Source: Candidatus Obscuribacteraceae bacterium (GTDB lineage: Bacteria > Cyanobacteriota > Vampirovibrionia > Obscuribacterales > Obscuribacteraceae). Taken from it: a stretch of 64,000 nt of DNA. The notes under the pieces are model-generated. The model was not told the origin of the DNA and did no database searches. It saw nothing but the letters and a program-made list of their open reading frames with translations. The stretch spans positions 288,001-352,000 of the forward strand of contig JBGAHS010000001.1 of the NCBI GenBank assembly GCA_044226015.1, written 5' to 3'. The translations under genes were made by a program, and so were the position numbers. Below, one piece after another: positions 13,401 to 21,558 of this stretch. The first letter of the stretch is position 1. Each line of letters begins with the position of its first letter.

Positions 13401-15599
13401 CCATCGAGCATATCGCTAGAACCGCCACAAGCAATTGAGCAGCAATCTGCCGAACCGGTGATTTTGAATCCGGCAGATACCTATGAAGATCTGCCTGCAA
13501 TTCCTGCTGTCGATTACAGTGAGGTAGATTCGGATTCGGCTATAGTCAGCCCAACTCCGCAAGAATCTTCTTTGCCGGCTGCGCCGCTGGGTGAATCTTC
13601 GCAGAACGCATCAATGAAAGTTCCACCTGCTAAACCTGGGAAGCTCGATTTCTCTAAGAGCAGAATGTTCGGCTCAGGCAAGCAAAAGAAGGCTGGAAAG
13701 ACAACTTCAGAAGAAAAGAAGGTGCAGCTTTCAGACCTCTTAGCTCAGAAAGATATGGCTGTCAGCAATGTGGAAACTCCGTTGAATGCACAATCTGCTT
13801 TTGAACCGCCAATTGAAATGGTGCAGCAAGAGCCCGCATCAATGGAAATGGCAGCTAGCGAAATAAGTCAGGAGTCGCTTACTCCTGACGTTCAAGAACA
13901 ATCTCCTGTTTCAGACGCCTTCGTTGAAGCCGAAGCATCATTCGAAGCCCCTGAAGCTTCCGAAGTGTTTGCGGTTCAACCTGAAATAGCGCTTGGGCAA
14001 AATGTCCAAGCTCAGATGGAAGCAACAAATGATTTCGCTCAAGAGCAGGAAAACAGTGATTCCGAAACTGGTAATCCACAAGATGTTTTTGCTTCGCCAG
14101 AAACCGCACCTGTGAGCGAAGCTGTGCCAGCTCAATCAGATCCAGTATCAGCTCAAGCAGACCTGGCCGCAGCACCAGCAGCAGTAACACCTCCAGCAGT
14201 GCCTGCTGCTACACCACATCTTGAGAAAAAGAGTGCTGATGAAGAAGAAGATGATGAGTCTCGTCCGCAAAAGAAACTTTCATTGCAGGCAACTCTCTCC
14301 AAATTGGAAGATCAATCACAGCGTGCTCAAATTCGCCTCGCCGAATTCAAAGAGTCTCATGAGCTTGCATGCAGTGATGACGCAAAAAATATCAAAGTGC
14401 AGTCTGATGAATTTGAGAAGTCAATCAATGCGACTCTGCTAGTAGCGAGAGAATCAATCCGCAATAAGTTCCAGTCTCTGGTTGATGAAGCCAGCCAACG
14501 ATTGAAAGGTCTGATTGCTGATGGTCAGGCGCAAATTCAAGGAAGTTTGCCGCAAGCTCATGCCGATTTAGACGTGATTGCTGCTGAAGCAAATATTGAA
14601 CTTGTAGACAGTCTCTTAGAAGAGGCATACACCAATTTCAACAAAATCTACCAGAACAGATTCTCTTCAATTGAATCTGATCTGCAAGGTTCACTCAATC
14701 TCGTACTTGGCGAGGAACTAGCCAGCCTGAAGAATTGGCGTGAAGGTGAGCTGAAAACGTTCACCAATTCCTTTGAACAAATCGTCAGTCGTGTCGAACA
14801 GCATCGTATTGCCAGTCTGAGTGCACTTGAAAGTTGCGTTCACTCATTACAAGAAGAATTGAAGAGGTTGCAGGAAATCGACCTGGGACGACTTGCGCTT
14901 CTCAATTCTGAACTAGGTGAAACTCTTGAGCAGTCGTGCAAGCTTGCCGAAATGCGTTTGACACGAGATTGTGATATTGCGCTGGCTGAAAAAATCATGC
15001 CTTTGCTGGCGGAATGGAAGAGCAATCTTGGCATTACTGCCAGGAACTTGAGAATTGAAATAGAAGAGTATTTGGAAAGTCACTCAGAGACTTCTCTTTC
15101 TGAATTTGAACCCGTTCTTGCTCTAGGCAAAGAAGCTGTCACTCTGATTGTCTCGAATGTTAGTGAATTGCAAGAAAACATTGAGGGGCCAGAAAAAGAA
15201 TCTCTTGAATCGAAATATCAGGAATTGAGTACGTTTTTCGAGGAAAAAATCTCTTCCCTTGGCTTTTATTTCGATGAGCAAAAGCAGAAGAAACAAGATG
15301 GTGTCACCAATAACGAGTCTAACAATGCTCAGAAAATAGATAAAATCGGTGACACAAGTCTCGGAAAGATCTCAGATGCTAGTAGCAATGCTCAAAGCGA
15401 ACTGTTCAAACAGGCAGATAACTTTGTGGATAGCTATGACAAGCGAGCTGAAGACATCTGTATTGCATCCATCGCCGAGATGAACAATGATCTTGAGCTT
15501 GCACGGAACTTGAGACGTGAATCTTTGAGGAGGTTGCAAGATAGGTTGAGTAAATTGAGCAGTACAGTCCAGGCTGTTCAGGCCCAGTTGATTCAATAG
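10485..15599 (+). CDS. Large protein: N-terminal globular domain, ~1050-aa acidic Ala/Pro disordered linker with repeats, C-terminal ~440-aa coiled-coil
   Basis: 1704 aa, 2 bp after the previous stop; 4x (K/Q)GMEPWPSDFAAAL, VPSGA repeats, helical C-terminus. Confidence 0.75.
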   Translation: MSLLPLQLNLPMQQLRKYLRLYLSSSEQSVDDWSSAETGTVKIGDVYTLFKPARLFADNEDMSELQVDGVAVVFREDAGFPMNYFIDENTFEMSFMEGTLSQKASEAREQGLSFYCFHSTLARPLSTEAGTAIGGMHKWGGSGDRLKAPHGLPEPLYFFLTSLGLAVEPTLAREALPINEFVLSLWNPRELSATSRAPNASEFFVPVDAAGQPVYDGFAAGSPVVSEPEAVEVQSAVDYGAMSFSALLDDLSTVPGAADTGNGGNGAPAAEPVNSAPPAETTEQSSLSALLEKVSGVSSQIPPTAPSVSPNAESEDEDESLDLSKLENALKDLVTNQSQPVKAVPPEVVKPAESKPVRKGQLGPQFEDSEGAWEMLKAKPKDEFTEGSPSTPLPFALNVQAAEAGPELTDELDFSAALAAELNQEVNLSLPGAEEEKASVTKGMEPWPSDFAAALKADLAAEEPPAAAPATKGMEPWPSDFAAALKAELAADAPAEKPAAAPGATKGMEPWPSDFAAALKAELSAPESSLSFEQAAQNASSTAGKESAAQGMEPWPSDFAAALAAELSSEINLGAGPAEAAPPASEQAPAVSQPAAASAAAPGTVAPSPVGGGTFAGGLDSLLTASAPSKPSEAISAFEAKKGDIKAPIKKDDKLAAKPASKLDAMVTKQGLSQTNSKLLGGAAGGGLLAGAKAEAQKPGALGKPTAKPESKLSRLSQPLEGQQDPIENAAEATEAVNAAPAEEVSAPTASAPAPAQAPNLTPGFFAASALASELDDSNSAAESDSPPAAHAAASGAAVGEIPSFLLSNNSMSFAAADTSSEAPDIPSFLLPQSTEAVPSGAVPSGAVPAVPSGVVPSGAVPSGAVSSAAVPGESVHNPQDSIETPAFIPETSLAAETAADVYSEASVAGVDAVEVSPEALGELSMGAAAGEFIGETTAPTTPELGANFAEQLVSELGFNDALNQAPASDDQPSSISLEPPQAIEQQSAEPVILNPADTYEDLPAIPAVDYSEVDSDSAIVSPTPQESSLPAAPLGESSQNASMKVPPAKPGKLDFSKSRMFGSGKQKKAGKTTSEEKKVQLSDLLAQKDMAVSNVETPLNAQSAFEPPIEMVQQEPASMEMAASEISQESLTPDVQEQSPVSDAFVEAEASFEAPEASEVFAVQPEIALGQNVQAQMEATNDFAQEQENSDSETGNPQDVFASPETAPVSEAVPAQSDPVSAQADLAAAPAAVTPPAVPAATPHLEKKSADEEEDDESRPQKKLSLQATLSKLEDQSQRAQIRLAEFKESHELACSDDAKNIKVQSDEFEKSINATLLVARESIRNKFQSLVDEASQRLKGLIADGQAQIQGSLPQAHADLDVIAAEANIELVDSLLEEAYTNFNKIYQNRFSSIESDLQGSLNLVLGEELASLKNWREGELKTFTNSFEQIVSRVEQHRIASLSALESCVHSLQEELKRLQEIDLGRLALLNSELGETLEQSCKLAEMRLTRDCDIALAEKIMPLLAEWKSNLGITARNLRIEIEEYLESHSETSLSEFEPVLALGKEAVTLIVSNVSELQENIEGPEKESLESKYQELSTFFEEKISSLGFYFDEQKQKKQDGVTNNESNNAQKIDKIGDTSLGKISDASSNAQSELFKQADNFVDSYDKRAEDICIASIAEMNNDLELARNLRRESLRRLQDRLSKLSSTVQAVQAQLIQ

Positions 15600-15659
15600 G
15601 TCAAAAATTATCTAGATAATCGTTTTTTTCGTAGCCAGACTAACAAAAAACGGGTTAAA

Positions 15660-15693
15660 AGTAGCATATTGGGTAGAAATCCAATATGCTACT
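15660..15693. promoter_or_regulatory. 13-bp perfect inverted repeat upstream of the PAS-REC-HPt gene (operator or leader hairpin)
   Basis: AGTAGCATATTGG-gtagaaat-CCAATATGCTACT with no T tract after it. Confidence 0.45.
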
Positions 15694-15723
15694 GGTGGGC
15701 TGACACAGTACGGTTGGAACAGT

Positions 15724-17265
15724 ATGTCAAGTAGTTGGGAAATGCCGATTAAGAAGTTAGGAACTCAAATAGACGAACTACAGAAGTCGCTGGAGGCTAA
15801 TCAGCAACTTGAACATGAACAACTTCAAGGACTCGAGCTTGCGCGACAACGACTTCGCTTCCTAACACAGGGACCTGAAACAGCTGGACTGGCAGAGCTT
15901 CCCAGACTGTTACAAGCAGTCCTCACGCAGCAAACCATAGGTGTCATGATTCTGGCACAGGATGGCAAGATCTTACTTTTTAACTCTGTGGCAGACAGGA
16001 TATTTGGACTTTCGAATGGTGACATTACCAGTCAAGGTGTCCAAAACGGCTGTCAATTGTTCCTTGAGGATAAAACCACTCCCTTCACTGGCATGCCTTG
16101 GACCAAGGCAGTAAAGGGTGAAGATGATCCCCAGACACAGTTCTACGTGAAGCGTCCGGACCTCCCGGAAGGTATGTTCATTTCTGTCACTTGCACAACT
16201 TTGAAAGGTTCCAATTCCGATGTTTCTGGCGTTGTAGTCCTTGTCCTCGACATGACTGAACATGTCAAAATTACTGAGCAACTGCGCACGTTGTGCAAGC
16301 AGTTAGAAGATCAAATTACCAATATCGAAACTGCAAGAGAAGAAATAAAGGCATTAGCGGAAAAACTTGGCAAGAAAGGCGTAAGTGCTGAACCTAGCCA
16401 AAACGCCTCCCTTTCGCCTCTGCAGCGTCCGCCTGCTGCGGCAACAGCTGCTCCGCCAGCTTCAGGTACTGTAGTCGCTGATGCTGCAAAAATTAAACTG
16501 GTTCTTGTTGTTGACGATATTCCAGTAAATCAGAAGTTACTGATTATGCATTTGAAGAAGATGGGCTTTGACGTCGAGTCTGCCTTCAATGGAAAAGAAG
16601 CTGTTGCGAATGCTCAGAAAAAAGATTACGCCTTGATATTCATGGACTGCGATATGCCTGTTATGAATGGATATGAGGCAACTATTGCGATTCGCCAGGA
16701 CGAGTTGAAATCAGGCAAGCACGTTCCAATAGTTGCGATGACATCTTATGACCGTGTTGGTGATAGAGAGCGTTGTCTCTCGGTAGGCATGGATGAATAC
16801 CTCACAAAAGGTGTCACGCAAAAACAACTTCAAGAAGTAGTCCAGTGGTGCATGACTCGCGGAACCGGCGCACAGGAAGCTGCAGAAACTACCGCCGAAC
16901 AAATCGCGGAGAAAGATCAAACATTAGACATCGACGCTCTAATCAAGACTTTCGGTAAATTTGAACTTGAGGAAATTCTCAAGCTATTCCTAATGTCTAC
17001 GACCACCCTCACAAGTTGTTTGCAATTCGCAATCGAAGACCATGACGTTGAGTCGGTTAGCCACTTCGCGTATTCACTGAAGGGACCATGTTCGTCGATT
17101 GGCTTGACGCAGATGGCGTTACTGGCTGCTGATATCACAAAGTGCTGTGAGGAAGAACGCTGGGAAGAAGCTATGAGTTCATACAAACGTCTACGCAGCC
17201 TCTACGACAAGATCAAGCAACAAATCGAACAGGCCGGGCAAGAGTATCAGTGGGTTTTGACATAG
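15724..17265 (+). CDS. Phosphorelay protein: coiled coil-PAS-coiled coil-REC-(pseudo)HPt
   Basis: PAS (GVMILAQDGKILLFNSVADRIFG), intact REC (VVDD, IFMDCDMP, AMTS, YLTK), HPt-like FAYSLKG; no HisKA/HATPase. Confidence 0.85.
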   Translation: MSSSWEMPIKKLGTQIDELQKSLEANQQLEHEQLQGLELARQRLRFLTQGPETAGLAELPRLLQAVLTQQTIGVMILAQDGKILLFNSVADRIFGLSNGDITSQGVQNGCQLFLEDKTTPFTGMPWTKAVKGEDDPQTQFYVKRPDLPEGMFISVTCTTLKGSNSDVSGVVVLVLDMTEHVKITEQLRTLCKQLEDQITNIETAREEIKALAEKLGKKGVSAEPSQNASLSPLQRPPAAATAAPPASGTVVADAAKIKLVLVVDDIPVNQKLLIMHLKKMGFDVESAFNGKEAVANAQKKDYALIFMDCDMPVMNGYEATIAIRQDELKSGKHVPIVAMTSYDRVGDRERCLSVGMDEYLTKGVTQKQLQEVVQWCMTRGTGAQEAAETTAEQIAEKDQTLDIDALIKTFGKFELEEILKLFLMSTTTLTSCLQFAIEDHDVESVSHFAYSLKGPCSSIGLTQMALLAADITKCCEEERWEEAMSSYKRLRSLYDKIKQQIEQAGQEYQWVLT

Positions 17266-17275
17266 GGGAACGAAA

Positions 17276-17614
17276 GTGTCCACTCCAGTTGCAGATCTGA
17301 AATCATTGGAAGAAGAATTGGACGAAGAATGCGCCCGTGAGCTAGCGGGTGCGTTTCTCGAAGACTCAGGTAATGCAGTTAGCGGAATTCAGGAAGCTAT
17401 AAAAGCACGTAATTTTGCTGAACTTAAGCAACATGCGCATGCATTGAAAGGTTGCTGCCGAACCATTAAAGCGATCACTGCAGAGCAGATTTGCACTGAA
17501 CTCGAAATGGCTGCAGCAAACCAGGAATGGTCGCAGGTTGGTGATTTACTTCCGAAAATTGCCAGCAGTTACAACGAACTTTGTGCCTACATAAACAGCT
17601 ATCTCGGCAACTAA
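17276..17614 (+). CDS. Stand-alone HPt phosphotransfer protein
   Basis: 112 aa, AHALKG motif, GTG start with GGGG RBS. Confidence 0.88.
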   Translation: MSTPVADLKSLEEELDEECARELAGAFLEDSGNAVSGIQEAIKARNFAELKQHAHALKGCCRTIKAITAEQICTELEMAAANQEWSQVGDLLPKIASSYNELCAYINSYLGN

Positions 17615-17624
17615 ATCCAGCAAA

Positions 17625-17778
17625 GATTCCGACCGAATTCTTTTTGAATGGATTCTGTCCGAATTCGGTTCCGAATTTTGGTTCCGAATTCTTTCGTGTC
17701 GGATTCACTTGTCGAATTCATGTATCCCGAATTCATGTATCCCGAATTCGTGTGCTGAATTCTTTTGAGGAATTTCTT
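17625..17778. repeat. Short degenerate tandem repeat rich in GAATTC
   Basis: GAATTC at 17635, 17661, 17686, 17714, 17729, 17744 and 17757; includes 2x GAATTCATGTATCCC. Confidence 0.8.
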
Positions 17779-17787
17779 GTTGGGTTC

Positions 17788-19149
17788 CTATTCCTTTTTA
17801 TCGCTTAGTCCTAGTCCAAAAAACTGTCCAGTGTATTCTTGCCAATTACGAACTCTCCCTGAGCGGGTGTCAGAGAGTCCATACAGGCTCGTATAGGTCG
17901 ATGTTTGAATCTCTTTTCTGCTTGCTTCGTCCCAATCTTGATTTGCTATGCGGCTTAAGCCCAGAAGGTCAGATAGCAGGATGGAACACTGCGGAGAAAC
18001 CTTGCAAAAGCGCTTGAAGTATTTTATTTCCTTCGCCAGGAAATTCTCGAGCTTTTCATATTGCCGCATTCGGTTCATGTTGGTTGCTTCGAATACGAGC
18101 CACGACTGCCAGAGTATTGCAATCTTGAGGGCGACATCGTCATCTACAGGTTGAAGTTGATTCTTATTCGCGTCGACAAAACGAAGAACTGCAGTTGATG
18201 ATTGTCCGGCGCAGACTTTCTCTTGCCCTGTCGGCCGATAATGGGTGTTGATTACGAAGTTCAGATTTTGATTTTGTTTGCCAGCGGGAGTGCTGACTCT
18301 AAAAATTGCACTGCGCGATTTCCCAGCAGACAAGCCTCCAAAATCACAGCTGGCGTGCTGCCCCATGCTGTGTGTAGGTATTATGTTCAGCTCCTTAAAT
18401 GCGACATCTTCTGGAAATTCTATTTCCATTCTTATGTTTTCGAGGGTGCGATCACGCAATTCGTCTAATTCTCCGAGGACGACTTGTATGATCTCGGGTG
18501 AGTGAGCCGCATGGTGAATTCTGCCACCACCGTATTGAGCGATAGAATATATCTGAGAACTTGAATAGCCAGAGCCGACTCCAACAGCTGAGGCCGTTAC
18601 TGCCCTCATCTGAAGCTGGGTTGCGTGATGTGCCAGTGCTGCTGGGTCAAGCGTTCCTTCGTTAGCATGTCCATCCGTCAGCAAGACTATGTGGTTTTTC
18701 ATGTTCGAATGCTTCTGCATAACATTGCCCAGGCATTCGGCGCCACGAAACCAACCGGCACTAATATTGGTTCCCGGTCTAACTGATATGTCATTCAAGG
18801 CTGCTCGTGCTGCGGCTTTACCAGTTTTGTCACAAGCGAGACCATCTGCGTGAATTTGCGTGTCACCGCTGAATGAAACAATGGAGACATAATCGTTGTC
18901 ACTGAGGCGATTTATAATGCCCTCTGCTGCTTTAATTGCTGAAGCCATTCGGCTGCCATGCATTGATCGCGAACAATCAATCACAAGGGCAAGATTTATC
19001 GGAGTATCATTCGCGAAAGCCGCCAGAGTTTTTGGCGCTGCACTCAGTTCAACAAGAAGATATCTAATGGACTCTCCGTCCAAGCAGATTAGGTTACGCT
19101 CAAATCGAGCCGCGACACGAAGATCATTGCTCACTATTATTTCCCCCAA
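17788..19149 (-). CDS. von Willebrand factor A (vWA) domain protein
   Basis: PINLALVIDCSRSM (MIDAS DxSxS), PGTNI, IVLLTDGHAN, followed by a beta-rich domain and a helical tail. Confidence 0.88.
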   Translation of the reverse strand: MGEIIVSNDLRVAARFERNLICLDGESIRYLLVELSAAPKTLAAFANDTPINLALVIDCSRSMHGSRMASAIKAAEGIINRLSDNDYVSIVSFSGDTQIHADGLACDKTGKAAARAALNDISVRPGTNISAGWFRGAECLGNVMQKHSNMKNHIVLLTDGHANEGTLDPAALAHHATQLQMRAVTASAVGVGSGYSSSQIYSIAQYGGGRIHHAAHSPEIIQVVLGELDELRDRTLENIRMEIEFPEDVAFKELNIIPTHSMGQHASCDFGGLSAGKSRSAIFRVSTPAGKQNQNLNFVINTHYRPTGQEKVCAGQSSTAVLRFVDANKNQLQPVDDDVALKIAILWQSWLVFEATNMNRMRQYEKLENFLAKEIKYFKRFCKVSPQCSILLSDLLGLSRIANQDWDEASRKEIQTSTYTSLYGLSDTRSGRVRNWQEYTGQFFGLGLSDKKE

Positions 19150-19783
19150 GCAAAATTTGGCGTAAGCAATCAGCTATCTTGTCCCACTGCTCAACCTGTC
19201 CCCTATCCTGCAATCCGCGGACTGTGATTTCTACGTCTGGCGTTACGGCAAATCGGTGCCATGTTTGACCTTTGCACGAACGTCCGACCTTGCTTCCTGC
19301 CGCCTCGGTAAGTGCATGCAATAAGCGATCTACTGGCGATTGTGTCGAAAAAAACTGACATTGTGCTTGTGGATCTTCCAATTCACTGTCGGAGAATCCA
19401 ACGCGCTCGCTGCCGCCGATACCACATGCGGTGCGCAGGTAGTCGAGTACAGATTTTGAGTCCGTCGTTTGCTCACCTGCAAGTGCTTTTATGTCTTCTT
19501 CACTCATGCTCAGGAATGCATTTCTTATCTCAGCAATGTTCAATCGGCGATTCTCACGCAGAGCTTTGATGGCTTTCAATCTAAAAACATGAGCGTCATT
19601 GTAGCGAGCATAACGGCCTTTAGTATCGGGTCCACAAAGAAGCCCTTGTTCAATAAAGCTTCTGATCACGCGTTTATCAAAACCCGTCTCATCAGCGAGT
19701 TCTTCGATGCTGAATTGATTCGTAAGCAAAATAAACCTGCTAAAAAAATCGCGCAAAAGCTGTCTGCGAACAGCTTTGCACAT
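19124..19783 (-). CDS. MerR-type HTH protein coupled to the vWA gene
   Basis: FSIEELADETGFDKRVIRSFIEQGLLCGP...GRYARYNDAHVFRLKAIK; C-terminal WHRFAVTPDVEITVR. The true start is probably ~20 codons downstream. Confidence 0.8.
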   Translation of the reverse strand: MCKAVRRQLLRDFFSRFILLTNQFSIEELADETGFDKRVIRSFIEQGLLCGPDTKGRYARYNDAHVFRLKAIKALRENRRLNIAEIRNAFLSMSEEDIKALAGEQTTDSKSVLDYLRTACGIGGSERVGFSDSELEDPQAQCQFFSTQSPVDRLLHALTEAAGSKVGRSCKGQTWHRFAVTPDVEITVRGLQDRGQVEQWDKIADCLRQILLGGNNSEQ

Positions 19784-19916
19784 AATAATGTAATAACCCC
19801 TACTTTCATCTTAGCTTCCTCAATTCGCCATGTCAAGTTTGGCAGCTTATGGCGAATTGAAACCGACAAGTTAGTTTAGCCAGCATGCCAGAGGGACTTT
19901 GTTCATTGATTAGCGA

Positions 19917-20465
19917 TTACTGCTGAGCTTCGTTCTGCCCTGTTGATTTAGTGAGCTGGTACAGATACATCTCGTAGGCTGATAGAAGGAAATCAGCTAG
20001 GGCTGCCGGGTTTGCTGCCAGTTCGACTTCCTCGCCGGCATAAATCGTCTTATTGCTGCCAGCTTTTCGCAGTTGAACTGTCTGCAAGATCTCTGCTAAC
20101 TTTGCCAGAAAAGTGCTTTCATCAAATGCTTTGAGAATGAAATTCTCTGCTCCGCATTCGAGCATTTTGAGAATCTCGCCTTTCTCAACAGGCGTTGCTA
20201 AAAGGATGAAAGGAATGTTCTTGCTCGCATCTTTCTGCTTCAGTTCTTTGCACAATTGAAATCCATCCATGCCCGGCATGTTGATGTCAGACAAGATGAT
20301 GTCGTAGCTTGCATCTTTTTCGATTTCGTCTAGGGCCGCCTTGGCGTTGCGCGCCAATTTGACTGTGTAACCGACCTTCTTTAATTGGTGCTGCATGAGC
20401 AAGGCCTGCGTTAAGGTGTCTTCCACCAATAAGATGTTTGCTTTTGGGTTTTCGCCTGACTCCAT
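19917..20465 (-). CDS. Response regulator receiver protein with short C-terminal extension
   Basis: ILLVED, ILSDINMPGMDG, FILK; no recognisable output domain; last gene of the che cluster. Confidence 0.88.
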   Translation of the reverse strand: MESGENPKANILLVEDTLTQALLMQHQLKKVGYTVKLARNAKAALDEIEKDASYDIILSDINMPGMDGFQLCKELKQKDASKNIPFILLATPVEKGEILKMLECGAENFILKAFDESTFLAKLAEILQTVQLRKAGSNKTIYAGEEVELAANPAALADFLLSAYEMYLYQLTKSTGQNEAQQ

Positions 20466-20478
20466 GGAGAGTTCCTTT

Positions 20479-21558
20479 CTACAATTTGTGCGTACCGAAT
20501 ATCTGGTTTATGAGTTTTGCACTGGCGGTTGGTGAGAGAATATACTCCGCCGCATTCAGTTTGGCAGCTTCACCAGGCATGCCATAAAGAATTGCGCTCT
20601 TCTTGTCTTGTGCTATTGTCAGAGCGCCCTTTTCCCGCATTAGTTTCAGTTCTTCGGCTCCATCATTGCCCATACCGCTGAGTATGATACCAATAGAACG
20701 GGCTCCGAATGAACCTGCTACAGTCGAAAAGAGGTGGGAAACTGATGGGCAGTGATGTGTATCACCATTTTGTGGGACTACAGTTATGGTTCCGTCGGCT
20801 TTAATTCCCATCTGGAAACCATTCTCGCAGAGGTAGACTCTTCCTGGCTGTGCTTTTGCATTCTTGCTTAGCAATTCTACTTTCCATGAAGTTTCCGCAA
20901 TGAGCCACTCAACAAGACCAGGCGCAAAGCCCGGGTAAATGTGCTGAACTAAAAGTACAGGAATTGGAATTTTGGTGTTAAGTTCTTTCAGTAGAGACAT
21001 AACGGCAGGCGGACCACCGGTCGAGGCACCTATTGCCAGTACCCCATATTGGTTTGCTGCCGACTTAGAGCTGGGCTTGCTTATTTGGGGGATCTCGGCA
21101 ACAGGCTCTTTCTTGTTGAGCCGCCGCTTCACAACTTTAACCGCGGACATATCTTTGACGATTTGTCGCAAGCTGGCGGCAGTTTTTGCAAACTCCGGAT
21201 GATTTAGCGCCGGTGGTTTTGGCATCGCTGCTAGTGCACCAGCCTGTACGATCTCCATCGCTATGTGCGTATCACCGGCCTGGCAACTTGTGCTGATCAC
21301 GACTATGGGCACTGGAGTGCTCTGCATAATTTCTCTGGTGACTTCCAAACCGTTCGAACGTTTGATTTGAATATCCATTGTCACCACATCTGGTTTCAAA
21401 TTTACAACGGCTTCTAGTGCAGTTTTTTCATCGTCAGCTGTGCCTATAACCTCAAAAGTAGGATCTTGTGAGAAGATATGCCTCAGCATTTGTTGCATGA
21501 GGGGTGAATCTTCAACAATCAATACTCTTATTTTTGATTTGGTAGCTGCTGGGCTCAT
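20479..21558 (-). CDS. cheB: Chemotaxis methylesterase CheB (REC + CheB)
   Basis: REC (VED, VTMDI); catalytic GASTGG, VQHI and GMGNDG. Confidence 0.95.
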   Translation of the reverse strand: MSPAATKSKIRVLIVEDSPLMQQMLRHIFSQDPTFEVIGTADDEKTALEAVVNLKPDVVTMDIQIKRSNGLEVTREIMQSTPVPIVVISTSCQAGDTHIAMEIVQAGALAAMPKPPALNHPEFAKTAASLRQIVKDMSAVKVVKRRLNKKEPVAEIPQISKPSSKSAANQYGVLAIGASTGGPPAVMSLLKELNTKIPIPVLLVQHIYPGFAPGLVEWLIAETSWKVELLSKNAKAQPGRVYLCENGFQMGIKADGTITVVPQNGDTHHCPSVSHLFSTVAGSFGARSIGIILSGMGNDGAEELKLMREKGALTIAQDKKSAILYGMPGEAAKLNAAEYILSPTASAKLINQIFGTHKL

